Positions 42,638 to 52,144 of a stretch of DNA of 64,000 nucleotides are shown here, piece after piece. Origin of the DNA: Pseudomonadota bacterium (GTDB lineage Bacteria > Pseudomonadota > Gammaproteobacteria > Burkholderiales > Burkholderiaceae_C); the NCBI GenBank assembly GCA_963204815.1, contig CAUJHQ010000068.1, positions 21,771 through 85,770 of the forward strand, in the 5' to 3' direction. Position numbers and translations under genes: made by a program. Under the pieces are notes generated by a model. The model had not been told where the DNA came from and did no database searches. It saw only the letters and a program-made list of their open reading frames with translations. Positions within the stretch are counted from its first letter, which is position 1; every line of letters begins with the position of its first letter.

Positions 42638-43818
42638 CGCGCCCCCCCGAACACCAGGCAGGCGTTGCTGCCGCCGAAGCCGAAGGAGTTGCTGGCGACG
42701 ACGCGCATCGGTTGCTGGCGCGCCTCGCGCAGGTAGTGGGCGTGCAGCGCGGGGTCGGGCGTGCGCAGGTTCAGGCCGGCGGGCGCCAGGCCCTGCTGCA
42801 GCGCCAGGATCGAGATCACCGCCTCCAGCCCGCCGGCGGCGCCCAGCGTGTGGCCGGTGAAACCCTTCGTGCTGCTGCAGGCGAGGCGGTCGCCGAAGAC
42901 GGCGCGCACGGCCTGGTCCTCGGCGGCGTCGTTGCCGGGCGTGCCGGTGCCGTGCAGGTTCAGGTAGTCGACGTCGGCCGGTTGCAGGCCGGCGTCGGCG
43001 AGCGCGGCGCGCATCGCGGCCGCCGCGCCGGCGCCTTCGGGGTGCGGGCTGGACATGTGGTGGGCGTCGCTCGTCTCGCCGGCGCCGAGCAGCCAGGCCG
43101 CCGGTTGCGGCGACTCGCGCTCCACCAGCGCGAAGGCGGCGGCCTCGCCGATCGACAGGCCCGCGCGGTCGGCGTCCCAGGGGCGGCAGATGTCGCCCGA
43201 CACCAGCTCCAGCGCGTGGAAGCCGTACAGCGTGGTCATGCACAGGCTGTCGACGCCGCCGACGATGGCCGCGTCGATCACGCCCAGCGTGATGAGCCGG
43301 TTCGCGTTCGCGAACACCTTCGCGCTCGACGAACACGCGGTGCTGACGACGAAGGCCGGCCCGGTGAGGTCGAAGCGCGCGCGCACGTAGCGCGCCACCG
43401 AGTAGGTGTTGTGCGTCTCGGCGTAGTGCAGGTCGGCGGGCAGCGCGCCGGTGGCGGGGTCGCGGTGGCGGTAGGCGATCTCGGTGGAGAGGATCGCCGA
43501 CGTGCTGGTGCCCAGGAAGACGCCGATGCGCGCCGGCCCGAAGCGCGCGCGCGCTCGCCGCACCGCGGCGGCGAAGTCGTCGGCGCGCAGGCCGAGTTCG
43601 GCGAGGCGGTTGTTGCGGCAGTCGTAGGCCTCGAAACCGGCCGGCCAGGCGAGGTCGTCGACACCCTCGGCCACGCCGAGCCAGCTGCCGAGCGCGGCGG
43701 TCTCGAAGTCCTGCTGCGCGAGGCCGCTGCGGCCGGCCTGCAGTGCCGCCAGGTGCGCGTCGCGGCCGTGGCCGAGCGCGCTGACGGCGGTGAACTCGGT
43801 GATCGCGAGCGGCTTCAT
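42634..43818 (-). CDS. Beta-ketoacyl synthase (ApeO-like KS3)
   Basis: STACSSSAKVF, LHGTGT, GHTLGAAG, NSFGFGGSN. Confidence 0.92.
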   Translation of the reverse strand: MKPLAITEFTAVSALGHGRDAHLAALQAGRSGLAQQDFETAALGSWLGVAEGVDDLAWPAGFEAYDCRNNRLAELGLRADDFAAAVRRARARFGPARIGVFLGTSTSAILSTEIAYRHRDPATGALPADLHYAETHNTYSVARYVRARFDLTGPAFVVSTACSSSAKVFANANRLITLGVIDAAIVGGVDSLCMTTLYGFHALELVSGDICRPWDADRAGLSIGEAAAFALVERESPQPAAWLLGAGETSDAHHMSSPHPEGAGAAAAMRAALADAGLQPADVDYLNLHGTGTPGNDAAEDQAVRAVFGDRLACSSTKGFTGHTLGAAGGLEAVISILALQQGLAPAGLNLRTPDPALHAHYLREARQQPMRVVASNSFGFGGSNACLVFGGAR

Positions 43819-44606
43819 GCGCGGCCCGCCCCGGCGCCGGCGGCGCGGTCGGCCGCGCGGTCGGCGACGAGCAGCACGTTCGCGAACGGCGTGCCCTCGC
43901 TCATCGGCACCGGCTGCGCGGCAAAGCCCAGCCGCTGCAGCAGCGCCAGCCACTCGGCCACCGAGCGGCCCCAGGTCGGCGGCACCGTGTGGCCGCGCAC
44001 CATCGTGACGACGCGGTCGACCCACTGGCTGACCGCGAAGCCGCGTGCGCTGGCCATGTCGCCGATGCGCAGCAGCAGGCGGCCGTTCGGCGCCAGCGCG
44101 TCGCGCACGCGCGCCAGCAGTGCTTCCTGTGCCGCGTGGTCGACGTAGTGCAGCACGTCGAGGATGACGACGAGGTCGCAGGGCGGCAGCGCCGCCTCAC
44201 GCATGTCGGCGCAGACGAAGCTCGTCTGCAGCTTGAGGCCGGCAAGCGCGCCGCGCGCGCGCTCGACGTCGCGCGGCATCAGCTCGATGCCGGTGTAGGC
44301 GACGGCGCGCGGCGGCGCCGGCCAGCGGCCCGGCCAGGCGCCGGCGGCGACGAGTTCGTTGCAGCTCTCGAACAGGCTCGCCAGCAGGCTCTGGCCGCTG
44401 CCGATGTCGACGATGCGCGTGCGACCGCTCAGGTCGCCGCGTTCCAGCATGCCGCGGAACACCGGGTCGCGGCCGAGCTTGCCGCGCGCGAAGTGCCAGG
44501 CGAAGCGGCCCGACGCGCGGTAGCGCGCGGTGGCGGCGTCGTGCAGACGGCGCCAGGTGGTGTCGGCGTCGGGGGCGGGGCCGGCGGTCATCGTCTGGGA
44601 GCTCAT
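43815..44606 (-). CDS. Class I SAM-dependent methyltransferase
   Basis: GKLGRDPVF, VDIGSGQS, ILDVLHY, GTPFANV. Confidence 0.85.
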   Translation of the reverse strand: MSSQTMTAGPAPDADTTWRRLHDAATARYRASGRFAWHFARGKLGRDPVFRGMLERGDLSGRTRIVDIGSGQSLLASLFESCNELVAAGAWPGRWPAPPRAVAYTGIELMPRDVERARGALAGLKLQTSFVCADMREAALPPCDLVVILDVLHYVDHAAQEALLARVRDALAPNGRLLLRIGDMASARGFAVSQWVDRVVTMVRGHTVPPTWGRSVAEWLALLQRLGFAAQPVPMSEGTPFANVLLVADRAADRAAGAGAGRA

Positions 44607-45445
44607 GGTCGGGGGTGGCGCGGCGGCAGCGCGGCGGTCAGCGTCTCGGGGTGCAGGCCGGCGCCGCGGCAGCGTTCGGCCAGCGCCGGCAGCACGTCCA
44701 GCAGCACCGCGCGGCCGCTGCCGCTGCGGCGTGCGTGGCCGTCGTGCAGCAGCAGGATGTCGCCGCCGGCCAGGCCGCGCGCCAGCCTGGCCAGCACGCG
44801 GGCCGGGTCGGCCTCGCGGGTGTCGAAGCCGCGCCGCGTCCAGCTGACCAGGTGCAGCCCCAGCCCGTGCAGCACGGGGTCGAGGAAGGGGTTGCGCAGG
44901 CCGGCGGGCGCGCGGAAGGCATGCGGGCGGCAGCCGGTGATGTCGGCCAGGATCGACTGCGCGTCGCCGACCTCGCGCTCGAGGGCGCGCGGCCCCATCA
45001 CCGAGAAGTGGTGGCGGTGGTGCGCGCTGTGGTTCTGCACGTCGTGGCCGGCGGCGACGATGCGGCGCACCAGCGCCGGCTGCTGGCGGGCGCGCTCGGC
45101 GATGCAGAAGAAGCTGGCGTGCCAGCCCAGCGCGGCCAGCGTGTCCAGCACCAGCGGCGTGGTCTCGGCGTCGGGGCCGTCGTCGATGGTCACGGCGATC
45201 GCGCCGCGCGCCACCGCGGCGGGCGGCAGGCGCTGCACGTTCGGGCCCAGGCCCTCGCTGCGCGGCCACAGGCCGGTGGCGGTGATCAGCACGTGGTTCA
45301 GCACCACGGCACCCAGCGCCCACGGTGCGGCCCCCGGCAGCAGCGCGGCGGCGCCGAGCGCGGCCGCGTGCACGCCGACGCTGGCGCGCAGCAGCGGCGG
45401 CCAGGGCCAGCGGGTCGGGGGGGAGGCGGTGGGGGTGGACAGCAT
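44603..45445 (-). CDS. Membrane-anchored polysaccharide deacetylase (NodB/CE4)
   Basis: TIDDGP, NHSAHH, FRAPAG, ILLLHDG, N-terminal TM helices. Confidence 0.9.
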   Translation of the reverse strand: MLSTPTASPPTRWPWPPLLRASVGVHAAALGAAALLPGAAPWALGAVVLNHVLITATGLWPRSEGLGPNVQRLPPAAVARGAIAVTIDDGPDAETTPLVLDTLAALGWHASFFCIAERARQQPALVRRIVAAGHDVQNHSAHHRHHFSVMGPRALEREVGDAQSILADITGCRPHAFRAPAGLRNPFLDPVLHGLGLHLVSWTRRGFDTREADPARVLARLARGLAGGDILLLHDGHARRSGSGRAVLLDVLPALAERCRGAGLHPETLTAALPPRHPRP

Positions 45446-45477
45446 CGGCGGATCGCCAAAAATTGTGTCACACGCCC

Positions 45478-47832
45478 TTATGACCTTCGGGGTGCAAAGG
45501 CGGCGGACAGCACGAGCGCGAGCAAGGTGCCCGGCGCGACCACCCGGCCGATGGCCGACAGCGCCGGCATCGAGGACATCGCGATCAGCGCGAACGACAG
45601 CACCGTCGTCAGGTTGGCGAGCATCAGCGAGGCCAGCGTGTCGTCGTCCGGGTGCGCCTGGTCGGCGAGCATGTTGAAGAAGAGCGCGTAGTTCGAGCCC
45701 ACCGCCACCACGAGCAGCAGGCCGACGAGGTGCAGGATGCCCAGCGACACGCCCAGCGCCGCCAGCACGCCCATCGTCAGCAGCACCGCCAGCACCAGCG
45801 GCTGGCAGACGGCGAGCACGCGCCGCACCGAACGCAGCGCGAAGGCCACCAGCGCCAGCACGCCGAGCGAGCCGAACAGCGCCTGCGTCTGCGCCTCGTG
45901 CAGGTAGCGCGCGTACAGGCGGTCGAGCTCGGGCTTGATCTCGAGCATGGTCGTCTCCGGCACGCCCTGGATCGCGGCGGCGACGGCGGCCTTGTCGACC
46001 TCGGCGCCGACCGGCTGGATCGGCAGCAGCGCCGCCCAGCCGCCGTCGCCACGCCGGAACATCAGGGCCGACAGCAGCGGGGCCAGCGGGCCGGCGCGCG
46101 CCGACTCCGGCGTCGCGAGGTCGAGGGCGCGCGCCTTCTGCACCTCGTCGATGAAGGGCGCCAGGCGCTCGGCCTTCAGCGGGCCGCCGCGGGTGGCTTC
46201 GGTGAGCGCGGCCCGCAGCGCCTGGGCGTCGGGCAGCGCGGCGCGGCGTGCCTGCTGCGTGGCCTGGCTGGGCATCAGGCGCGTCACGCTCTCGAAGCCG
46301 GCGATCTTTCGCTGCTCGATCAGCGGCTCGAGCGCGGCGCTGGCGCGTTCGGCGCGCTGCAGCGTCTCTTCGGCGGTCGGGCCCTGCACGACGACGAGCG
46401 CGCCGGCGTCGGCCGAGCTGAGGTCGCCGCGCAGCGACTCGTCGAGCGCGATCGCCTCGCGCGGCACCGGCGACAGCGCGGCGAGGTCGGCGCGCCAGAG
46501 CTCGCCGCGCCACAGCAGCACGCCGACCGCCACCGCGCCCAGCAGCAGCCAGGCGCTGCGCGTGGCCGGCAACACCGCCATCGCGCGCGCCGCGAAGCGG
46601 CCGAGGTGGCGCCGCAGCCCCTGGCCGCGCGAGCCTTCGGGCATCAGCACCGGCAGCAGGAAGCGCGTGGTGATGGCCGCGGCCACCAGCCCGGTGACCG
46701 AGAACACGCCCAGCTGCGCCAGCCCCGGGAAGCCCGAGAACACGAGCGCGAGGAAGCCACACACCGAGGTCAGCACGCCCAGCCGGATGGTCGGCCAGCC
46801 GGTCGCCAGCCAGTGGCGCCAGCCGCGCTGCGCGCTGCCGGCGCCGCCGCCGTGGGCCTGGATCAGGTAGTAGATGGCGTAGTCGACCGCCTCGCCGATC
46901 AGCGTGGTGCCGAAGCCCAGCGTGATGCCGTGCACGCCGCCGAAGCCCAGCGCCACCGCGGCGATGCCGGCGACGACGCCGGTGCCCACCGGCAGCATCG
47001 CCACCACCAGCGCCAGCGGCGACGCGAAGGCCACCAGCAGCAGCGAGCACATCAGCAGCGTGCCGACGATCGCGAGCCACTGCACCTCGGCCTCGATGCG
47101 GGCGCGGCTGTCGACCGAGAACAGCGGCGTGCCGCTCATCTTCAGCGTCAGGCCCGGCGCCGCCACCTCGGCGAAGGTGCGGCGCACGCCGTCCATCGCG
47201 ACCAGCTGCGCGTCGAGGTCGGCGCCTTCGGCCTTCACCACCGCCAGCAGCACGGCGCGGCCGCCGGCGCGCGCGGCCCAGACGCCGTCCTCGGTGCGCG
47301 GCGCGCTGACCGGGATCATGCTTTCGGCGATGCGCTGCGTCTCGCCGGTGGGGTCGCGCTCGAGCAGCGGCTTGAGCGCGTTGCCGGCCGGCGTGCCCAG
47401 CAGCGACAACGACTCGTCGATCGCGTCGGCCAGCCCCGCGGGCGTGAAACGCTCCGGCGTCACCGCCGGGCTCAGCAGGTAGCGGCGCTCGAAGACCCAG
47501 GTGCCGATGTCCTGCCAGGCGCTCTGGTCGCCGTTCTGCACCTGCTCGAAGAGGCCGCTGGCGCGCAGCTTCTGGCCGAGCGCGCGCGACGCCGCGCCGC
47601 GCTGCTCGGGCGTGCCGCCGTCGATGCCCAGCATCAGCGTGCGCGCCGGCAGGCCGCTCTTCAGCTGGTCGATCAGCATGCGCTGGCCGGCATCGGGGCT
47701 GGCCGGCAGGAAGGCGCTGAGGTCGGCGGTGAAGGGCGTGCGCGTGATCTGCCACGCCGCCAGCGCCACCGCGGCGAGCCAGAAGAAGACGACGATCGCG
47801 GCGCGCGAGCGCGCCACCCGGTGCGGCGTCAT
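45478..47832 (-). CDS. MMPL/RND-family exporter (ApeM-like)
   Basis: TADLSAFLP, GFGTTLIGEAVDY, AVGSNYALFF; two TM blocks with periplasmic loops. Confidence 0.9.
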   Translation of the reverse strand: MTPHRVARSRAAIVVFFWLAAVALAAWQITRTPFTADLSAFLPASPDAGQRMLIDQLKSGLPARTLMLGIDGGTPEQRGAASRALGQKLRASGLFEQVQNGDQSAWQDIGTWVFERRYLLSPAVTPERFTPAGLADAIDESLSLLGTPAGNALKPLLERDPTGETQRIAESMIPVSAPRTEDGVWAARAGGRAVLLAVVKAEGADLDAQLVAMDGVRRTFAEVAAPGLTLKMSGTPLFSVDSRARIEAEVQWLAIVGTLLMCSLLLVAFASPLALVVAMLPVGTGVVAGIAAVALGFGGVHGITLGFGTTLIGEAVDYAIYYLIQAHGGGAGSAQRGWRHWLATGWPTIRLGVLTSVCGFLALVFSGFPGLAQLGVFSVTGLVAAAITTRFLLPVLMPEGSRGQGLRRHLGRFAARAMAVLPATRSAWLLLGAVAVGVLLWRGELWRADLAALSPVPREAIALDESLRGDLSSADAGALVVVQGPTAEETLQRAERASAALEPLIEQRKIAGFESVTRLMPSQATQQARRAALPDAQALRAALTEATRGGPLKAERLAPFIDEVQKARALDLATPESARAGPLAPLLSALMFRRGDGGWAALLPIQPVGAEVDKAAVAAAIQGVPETTMLEIKPELDRLYARYLHEAQTQALFGSLGVLALVAFALRSVRRVLAVCQPLVLAVLLTMGVLAALGVSLGILHLVGLLLVVAVGSNYALFFNMLADQAHPDDDTLASLMLANLTTVLSFALIAMSSMPALSAIGRVVAPGTLLALVLSAAFAPRRS

Positions 47833-48434
47833 CTGCCGGCGACGGGTTCGACCTGCATCAGCGAGCGGTCGCCGCCGGCCAGGCGCAGGTCGATGCTGCG
47901 CACGTCGGTGCGCTGGCCGACGATGTCGATGCGCGCCACCTGGGCCGCCAGGCGGGCGTCGATCGGCACCAGCGCGAGCTGCCAGCGCGTGGGCGCGCCG
48001 GTGACTTCGGTCTTGAAGTGGCGCTGCAGCCGCGCCGCGTCGCCCGACAGCGTGCCGCGCACGGCGTCGACCAGGGCGGCCAGTTCGGGAATGGTGTTCA
48101 GCGCCATCGTGCGCGTGCGCCCGCCGCGCTTGAGGATCGCGGTGTCGCCCTGCACCTCCATCGATTCGGTGCGCGGCTCGGTCTGCACGCGCGTGAAGCG
48201 GTCGGGCGCGGCGAAGCTGAGCGTGCCGCGCGAGTACAGCGGCGTGTCAAGCGACGAGACGGTGCGCTCCTCGGTGAAGCGCGCCTCGGCGCTCTTGCGC
48301 TGCGCCAGCAGCGCCATCAGCGCCGGCAGGTCGAAAGCCTGCGCGGCAGCGGGCAGCGGCAGCAGCGCCGCTGGCAGCAGCGCGAGCAGGAGGATCGCGG
48401 CCCGGCGGCCGCGCTCAGCGAGGGTGGTCCTCAT
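47829..48434 (-). CDS. LolA-like periplasmic lipid carrier (ApeL-like)
   Basis: Signal peptide, ARFTEER, SRGTLSF, WQLALVP, GGDRS. Confidence 0.85.
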   Translation of the reverse strand: MRTTLAERGRRAAILLLALLPAALLPLPAAAQAFDLPALMALLAQRKSAEARFTEERTVSSLDTPLYSRGTLSFAAPDRFTRVQTEPRTESMEVQGDTAILKRGGRTRTMALNTIPELAALVDAVRGTLSGDAARLQRHFKTEVTGAPTRWQLALVPIDARLAAQVARIDIVGQRTDVRSIDLRLAGGDRSLMQVEPVAGR

Positions 48435-49356
48435 GCCAGAAGTCGAGGAAGTTGAACCAGTTGTACGGCGCGTCGCGCACCCGCGCCTCCATTCGCCCGA
48501 CGTAGGCGACCATCGCCTCGCGCACCAGGCGGTCGCGCTCGGCGGGGTCGTCGGGCGGGTGGCTGAAGTCTGCCAGCGTCTCGAAGGTGATGTCGTAGCG
48601 GTTGCCGCCGCGGTACAGGCCGACCATGAAGATGACCTTGCGCTTGAGCAGCATCGCCAGCCGCAGCGGGCCGTCGACGAAGGGCGCCGGCACGCCCAGG
48701 AAGGGCAGCATCGTCGGCGTGGCGCGCAGCGCGTCGGCGGGCAGGAAGCGGTCGCCGAGCAGGCCGACGAGACCGCCCTGGTCGAGCCAGTCGCGGATCT
48801 GCAGCGTGCTGCCGCGCTGGCCGATCGGGATGATGCCGAGCTCGAACTCCGGCGCCACGGCCTGCAGCACGCGGTGGATCATGCGGGCGTTGTCGGGGTA
48901 CATCACCATCGCCACGCGCAGCCCGGGGCGGGTGGCGCCCACCGCGTGCAGCGCCTCGAAGCTGCCCACGTGGCCGCCGAGCAGCACCGCGCCGCGCCCG
49001 TCGAGCAGCGTCTCGTCGACGAGCGTGTCGCCGACGATGTGCAGGTCGAACACGTCCATGCGCCCCTTGACGAACCAGATGCGGTCCAGCGCCACCGACG
49101 CGAACGCGTGCACGTGGCGGTAGCCGTCGGCGATGGTCGGCGTGCGGCCGAGCACGCGCCCGAGGTAGCGCTTGCTGTGGCGTCGCGCGGTCGGCGAGAA
49201 CAGCACGTAGTACAGCGTGATCGGGTGCAGCACGAGGCGGGCGACGCGGCGCCCCAGGTGCACCGCGATCCACGCGATCAGCCAGAGCGCGAAGCGGTTG
49301 CTGCGCTCGCGCGCCTCGGTCCAGTCGGGGGGCGGCGGGGCCGCGGTGGAGCTCAC
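48415..49356 (-). CDS. LpxL/LpxP-family acyltransferase
   Basis: GHVGSFE, LLGDR, FLG, PYNWFNFLDFW. Confidence 0.88.
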   Translation of the reverse strand: MSSTAAPPPPDWTEARERSNRFALWLIAWIAVHLGRRVARLVLHPITLYYVLFSPTARRHSKRYLGRVLGRTPTIADGYRHVHAFASVALDRIWFVKGRMDVFDLHIVGDTLVDETLLDGRGAVLLGGHVGSFEALHAVGATRPGLRVAMVMYPDNARMIHRVLQAVAPEFELGIIPIGQRGSTLQIRDWLDQGGLVGLLGDRFLPADALRATPTMLPFLGVPAPFVDGPLRLAMLLKRKVIFMVGLYRGGNRYDITFETLADFSHPPDDPAERDRLVREAMVAYVGRMEARVRDAPYNWFNFLDFWHEDHPR

Positions 49357-49418
49357 GGGGCGACCCTCCGCACGGCGTGCTCCGGGATCCGCACTGGGGA
49401 GCGGCCCTGCACGATCAT
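49353..49418 (-). repeat. Second short insert encoding a 21-aa coupling mini-ORF
   Basis: ATGA overlap at 5' end, GTGA overlap at 3' end; MIVQGRSPVRIPEHAVRRVAP; shares GGCCGCTCC with the 42560 element. Confidence 0.55.
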
Positions 49419-51055
49419 GCCGACAAGCTGCCGCGCGCGACCACGGTGTCGCCGCGCGTGACCTCGAAGGCGACGCCGCGGCCGGCGTCGGCGAGCTTCA
49501 CGCGCACGCGCTGGCCGGGGCCGACCGGGGCGAGGAACTTGGCCTGGTCGATCGCCGGCGCGGCGCCCAGCTTCTGCGCCAGCGCCGGCTGCAGCGCCAG
49601 CGCCTCCATCACCCAGCCCAGCAGCACCACGCCGGGCAGCAGCGGGTGGCCGGGGAAGTGGCCGGCGAAGGCGGGGTGGTCGACGGGCACGGCGAACTCG
49701 GTGCCGTCCAGCCGCGCCAGCGTCTCGTGCGCGAAGCGCGCCAGCGTCTGCGCGGTGAGCTTGCCGGTGGCTTCGCGCGGGAAGCCGTCGACGTGGATCA
49801 CGCGGCGCGGCACGAAGGCGGGCTCGAGCCGCTCGCGCAGCGCGGCGACGACGGCCTTGGCGTCGAGCGTGGGCGCGACGACGAAGGCGATCGGCCGCAC
49901 GACGCCGTCCGGCGCCTCGTCGGGCAGCCAGAAGGCGCCGTCGTCGATGCCGTCGATGCGGTTGAGCTGGAAGTTCAGGTGCGCCAGCGAACTGCGCTTG
50001 CCGGCGACGTGGATCAGGTCGTTGGCGCGGCCGAGCAGCCGGAAGCGCGTGTCCGACAGCAGTTCCAGCACGTCGGCCTGCGGCGTCGGCGCGGTGACGT
50101 GGCCGCCCTGCACGAGGAAACGCTCGCCGTCGGCGCCGTCCTCGCGCCACAGGCGCAGCGCGCCGAGCGCGGCCCAGGTCTCGCCGTCCGTCGTGCGGCG
50201 CGCCGCCACCTGGCCGGCTTCGGTGCAGCCGTAGATCTCGACGAGGCGGCCGCCGAACGCGGCTTCGGCCTGCGCCGCCAGCTGCGGCGACAGCGGCGCT
50301 GTGGCCGACAGCACCAGGTCGACCGGCGGCAGTTCGACGCCGGCGAGCAGCAGCGTCTTCAGGTGGAACGGCGTCGTGACGAGGGCGCGCGGCCGCGGCA
50401 CGCGCGCCAGCGCGGCCGCCACGTCGGCGGGGTAGAAGGGCCGGCCGGCGTCGAAGGCGGCGCCGCCCAGCAGCGCCAGCAGCACCGTCGACTCGAAGCC
50501 GTAGCTGTGCTGCGCCGGCACCGTGGCGACGATGTTCAGGCCGGCGATCGACGGCGTGCCCATCAGTTCGGCCAGGCGTTCGGCCTCGGCGGCGATGTTG
50601 GCGACCAGCGGGCCCCAGCGCTTGGCGTGCGGCTGCGGCGCGCCGGTGGAGCCGCTGGTGAGCAGGCAGACGGCCTCGTGCCCGGCCGCGATCGCCGGCA
50701 CGCGCGTTGCCGGCACCGCGCCGGCCGCGCGCTCGACGCGGTGCACCGGCAGCGCCACCGGGTCGTCGTGGTCGACCAGGGCGTAGGGCGCCGGGCCGTC
50801 GCCCAGCTGCGCCAGCGTTTCCGGCAGCGCGTTCGGCGGCATCAGGCTGGTCTGGCCGCGCAGCAGCGCGGCGGCGAGGCCGAGCGCGAAGTGGTAGCGG
50901 TCCTGGCAGAGGTTGACCGGCCGGCCGGCCGGCAGGCGCTCGGCCAGCGCCTCGGCCTCGGCGACGAACTGCGCCGTGCTCACCGGCTGGCCGGCGCGCC
51001 ACGCGAGCGGCGCCGCCAGGTCGCGGGCGGCGATCATCGGCAGCGGCAGGCTCAT
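49415..51055 (-). CDS. AMP-dependent aryl/acyl-ACP ligase (XanA2/ApeH-like) fused to ApeI-like dehydratase
   Basis: TSGSTGAP, EIYGCTEAG, LLGRAND, TGKL, then HPAFAGHFPGHPLLPGVV hotdog motif. Confidence 0.88.
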   Translation of the reverse strand: MSLPLPMIAARDLAAPLAWRAGQPVSTAQFVAEAEALAERLPAGRPVNLCQDRYHFALGLAAALLRGQTSLMPPNALPETLAQLGDGPAPYALVDHDDPVALPVHRVERAAGAVPATRVPAIAAGHEAVCLLTSGSTGAPQPHAKRWGPLVANIAAEAERLAELMGTPSIAGLNIVATVPAQHSYGFESTVLLALLGGAAFDAGRPFYPADVAAALARVPRPRALVTTPFHLKTLLLAGVELPPVDLVLSATAPLSPQLAAQAEAAFGGRLVEIYGCTEAGQVAARRTTDGETWAALGALRLWREDGADGERFLVQGGHVTAPTPQADVLELLSDTRFRLLGRANDLIHVAGKRSSLAHLNFQLNRIDGIDDGAFWLPDEAPDGVVRPIAFVVAPTLDAKAVVAALRERLEPAFVPRRVIHVDGFPREATGKLTAQTLARFAHETLARLDGTEFAVPVDHPAFAGHFPGHPLLPGVVLLGWVMEALALQPALAQKLGAAPAIDQAKFLAPVGPGQRVRVKLADAGRGVAFEVTRGDTVVARGSLSA

Positions 51056-51684
51056 CGCGCCCCCGCCGAGTGCGACTGGTAGGCGCGCAGCGCATTCGCG
51101 ATGCTGACGCGCTCGAATTCGGGGTGGCGGCGGTAGCGCATCAGGTGCTCGACGGCGAAGAGCGCGATGGCGGCCAGCGGCGTCAGCGCGTTGCAGAAGA
51201 ACGACCACCACTCCCAGGGCGCCAGCGTGTACAGCAGCACCGAGATGACGACCATGGCGGCGAAGTACAGCGCCCAGACGCCGGTGAGCCAGCGCGTGTA
51301 GTCGCGCATCGCCTGGGTGAAGTTGGTGTGCACGCGCTCGCCGAGCATCGTGATGAGCGCCATCGAGCCCGGCCGCAGCGTCATCGCGAAGGTCCAGCAG
51401 AGCACCGCGTTGATGGCGCCGTGCTGCATGACGTACAGGCGCCGCACGTCGGCCACGCCGCCGTGCGCGACGACCGCCACGACGACGGCGATGCAGGCTG
51501 CCGCGAAGGCGAGGGTCGGCCAGTGGCGCCGCTTCAGCCCGGTGATGCCGATCGCCGCCAGCAGCGGGCCGAACAGCGCCGCCACCGTCCAGGGCTGGGC
51601 CGGCATGTGGATCATCAGCCAGTGCGACAACCAGCCATACCCGGCGAGGGCGATCACGGCGGCCAGGAGGCGCCAACCGGGCAT
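51052..51684 (-). CDS. Integral membrane protein (ApeG/COG4648-like)
   Basis: Multi-TM, FAMTLRPG, YTRWLTGVW, WWSFFCN. Confidence 0.8.
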   Translation of the reverse strand: MPGWRLLAAVIALAGYGWLSHWLMIHMPAQPWTVAALFGPLLAAIGITGLKRRHWPTLAFAAACIAVVVAVVAHGGVADVRRLYVMQHGAINAVLCWTFAMTLRPGSMALITMLGERVHTNFTQAMRDYTRWLTGVWALYFAAMVVISVLLYTLAPWEWWSFFCNALTPLAAIALFAVEHLMRYRRHPEFERVSIANALRAYQSHSAGAR

Positions 51685-51692
51685 GCGGCGCC

Positions 51693-52001
51693 TTACTTCG
51701 TGCGGTGCTGGGCGACGTGGGCGGCCAGGCTGCGCAGGGACTGGAAGATCTTGTGGTTGTTCTCGTCGTCCGAACGCAGCTGGAAGCCGTAGCGGTGCGA
51801 GATCTCGAGGGCGACTTCGAGGATGTCGATCGAGTCGAGGCCGAGGCCGTCGCCGAACAGCGGCGCGGCGGCGTCGATCTCGGCCGCCGGGGTCTCAAGG
51901 TTGAGCGCGTCGACGAAAAGCTGCGCGAGCTCGCGCTCGAGCGCCAGCTGCTCGGGGGACAGCGCGGCGGCGTCGGCGGAGGCGGAGGACTGCAAGGACA
52001 C
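51693..52001 (-). CDS. Acyl carrier protein (ACP2, XanC/ApeE-like)
   Basis: PLFGDGLGLDSIDILE; GTG start after GGGAG. Confidence 0.92.
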   Translation of the reverse strand: MSLQSSASADAAALSPEQLALERELAQLFVDALNLETPAAEIDAAAPLFGDGLGLDSIDILEVALEISHRYGFQLRSDDENNHKIFQSLRSLAAHVAQHRTK

Positions 52002-52144
52002 GGAATCAACTCCCACGGCACGGAAACCCCCGTGCCCAGAACCCGGCGATTGTAGGCGGGCGGCGGCCCGTGCCCGCCCGCCCGGGCGGCGGCGGGCCGC
52101 CCGGGTGGCGGCGGGCGTGACTTCCGAGCACCCGCCGCGCGGCC

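Noticed and set aside
45652-49461. 1269-aa + strand ORF and similar long ORFs (34002-36752, 59856-62726, 55216-57924)
   Set aside because: Antisense shadows of well-supported genes; Arg/Ala/Gly-rich with no motifs, expected at this GC content.
52050-52140. GC-rich hairpins upstream of ACP2 (also 5880-5940) as ncRNA or terminator
   Set aside because: No U-tract or recognisable motif; stems are expected by chance in near-pure GC sequence.
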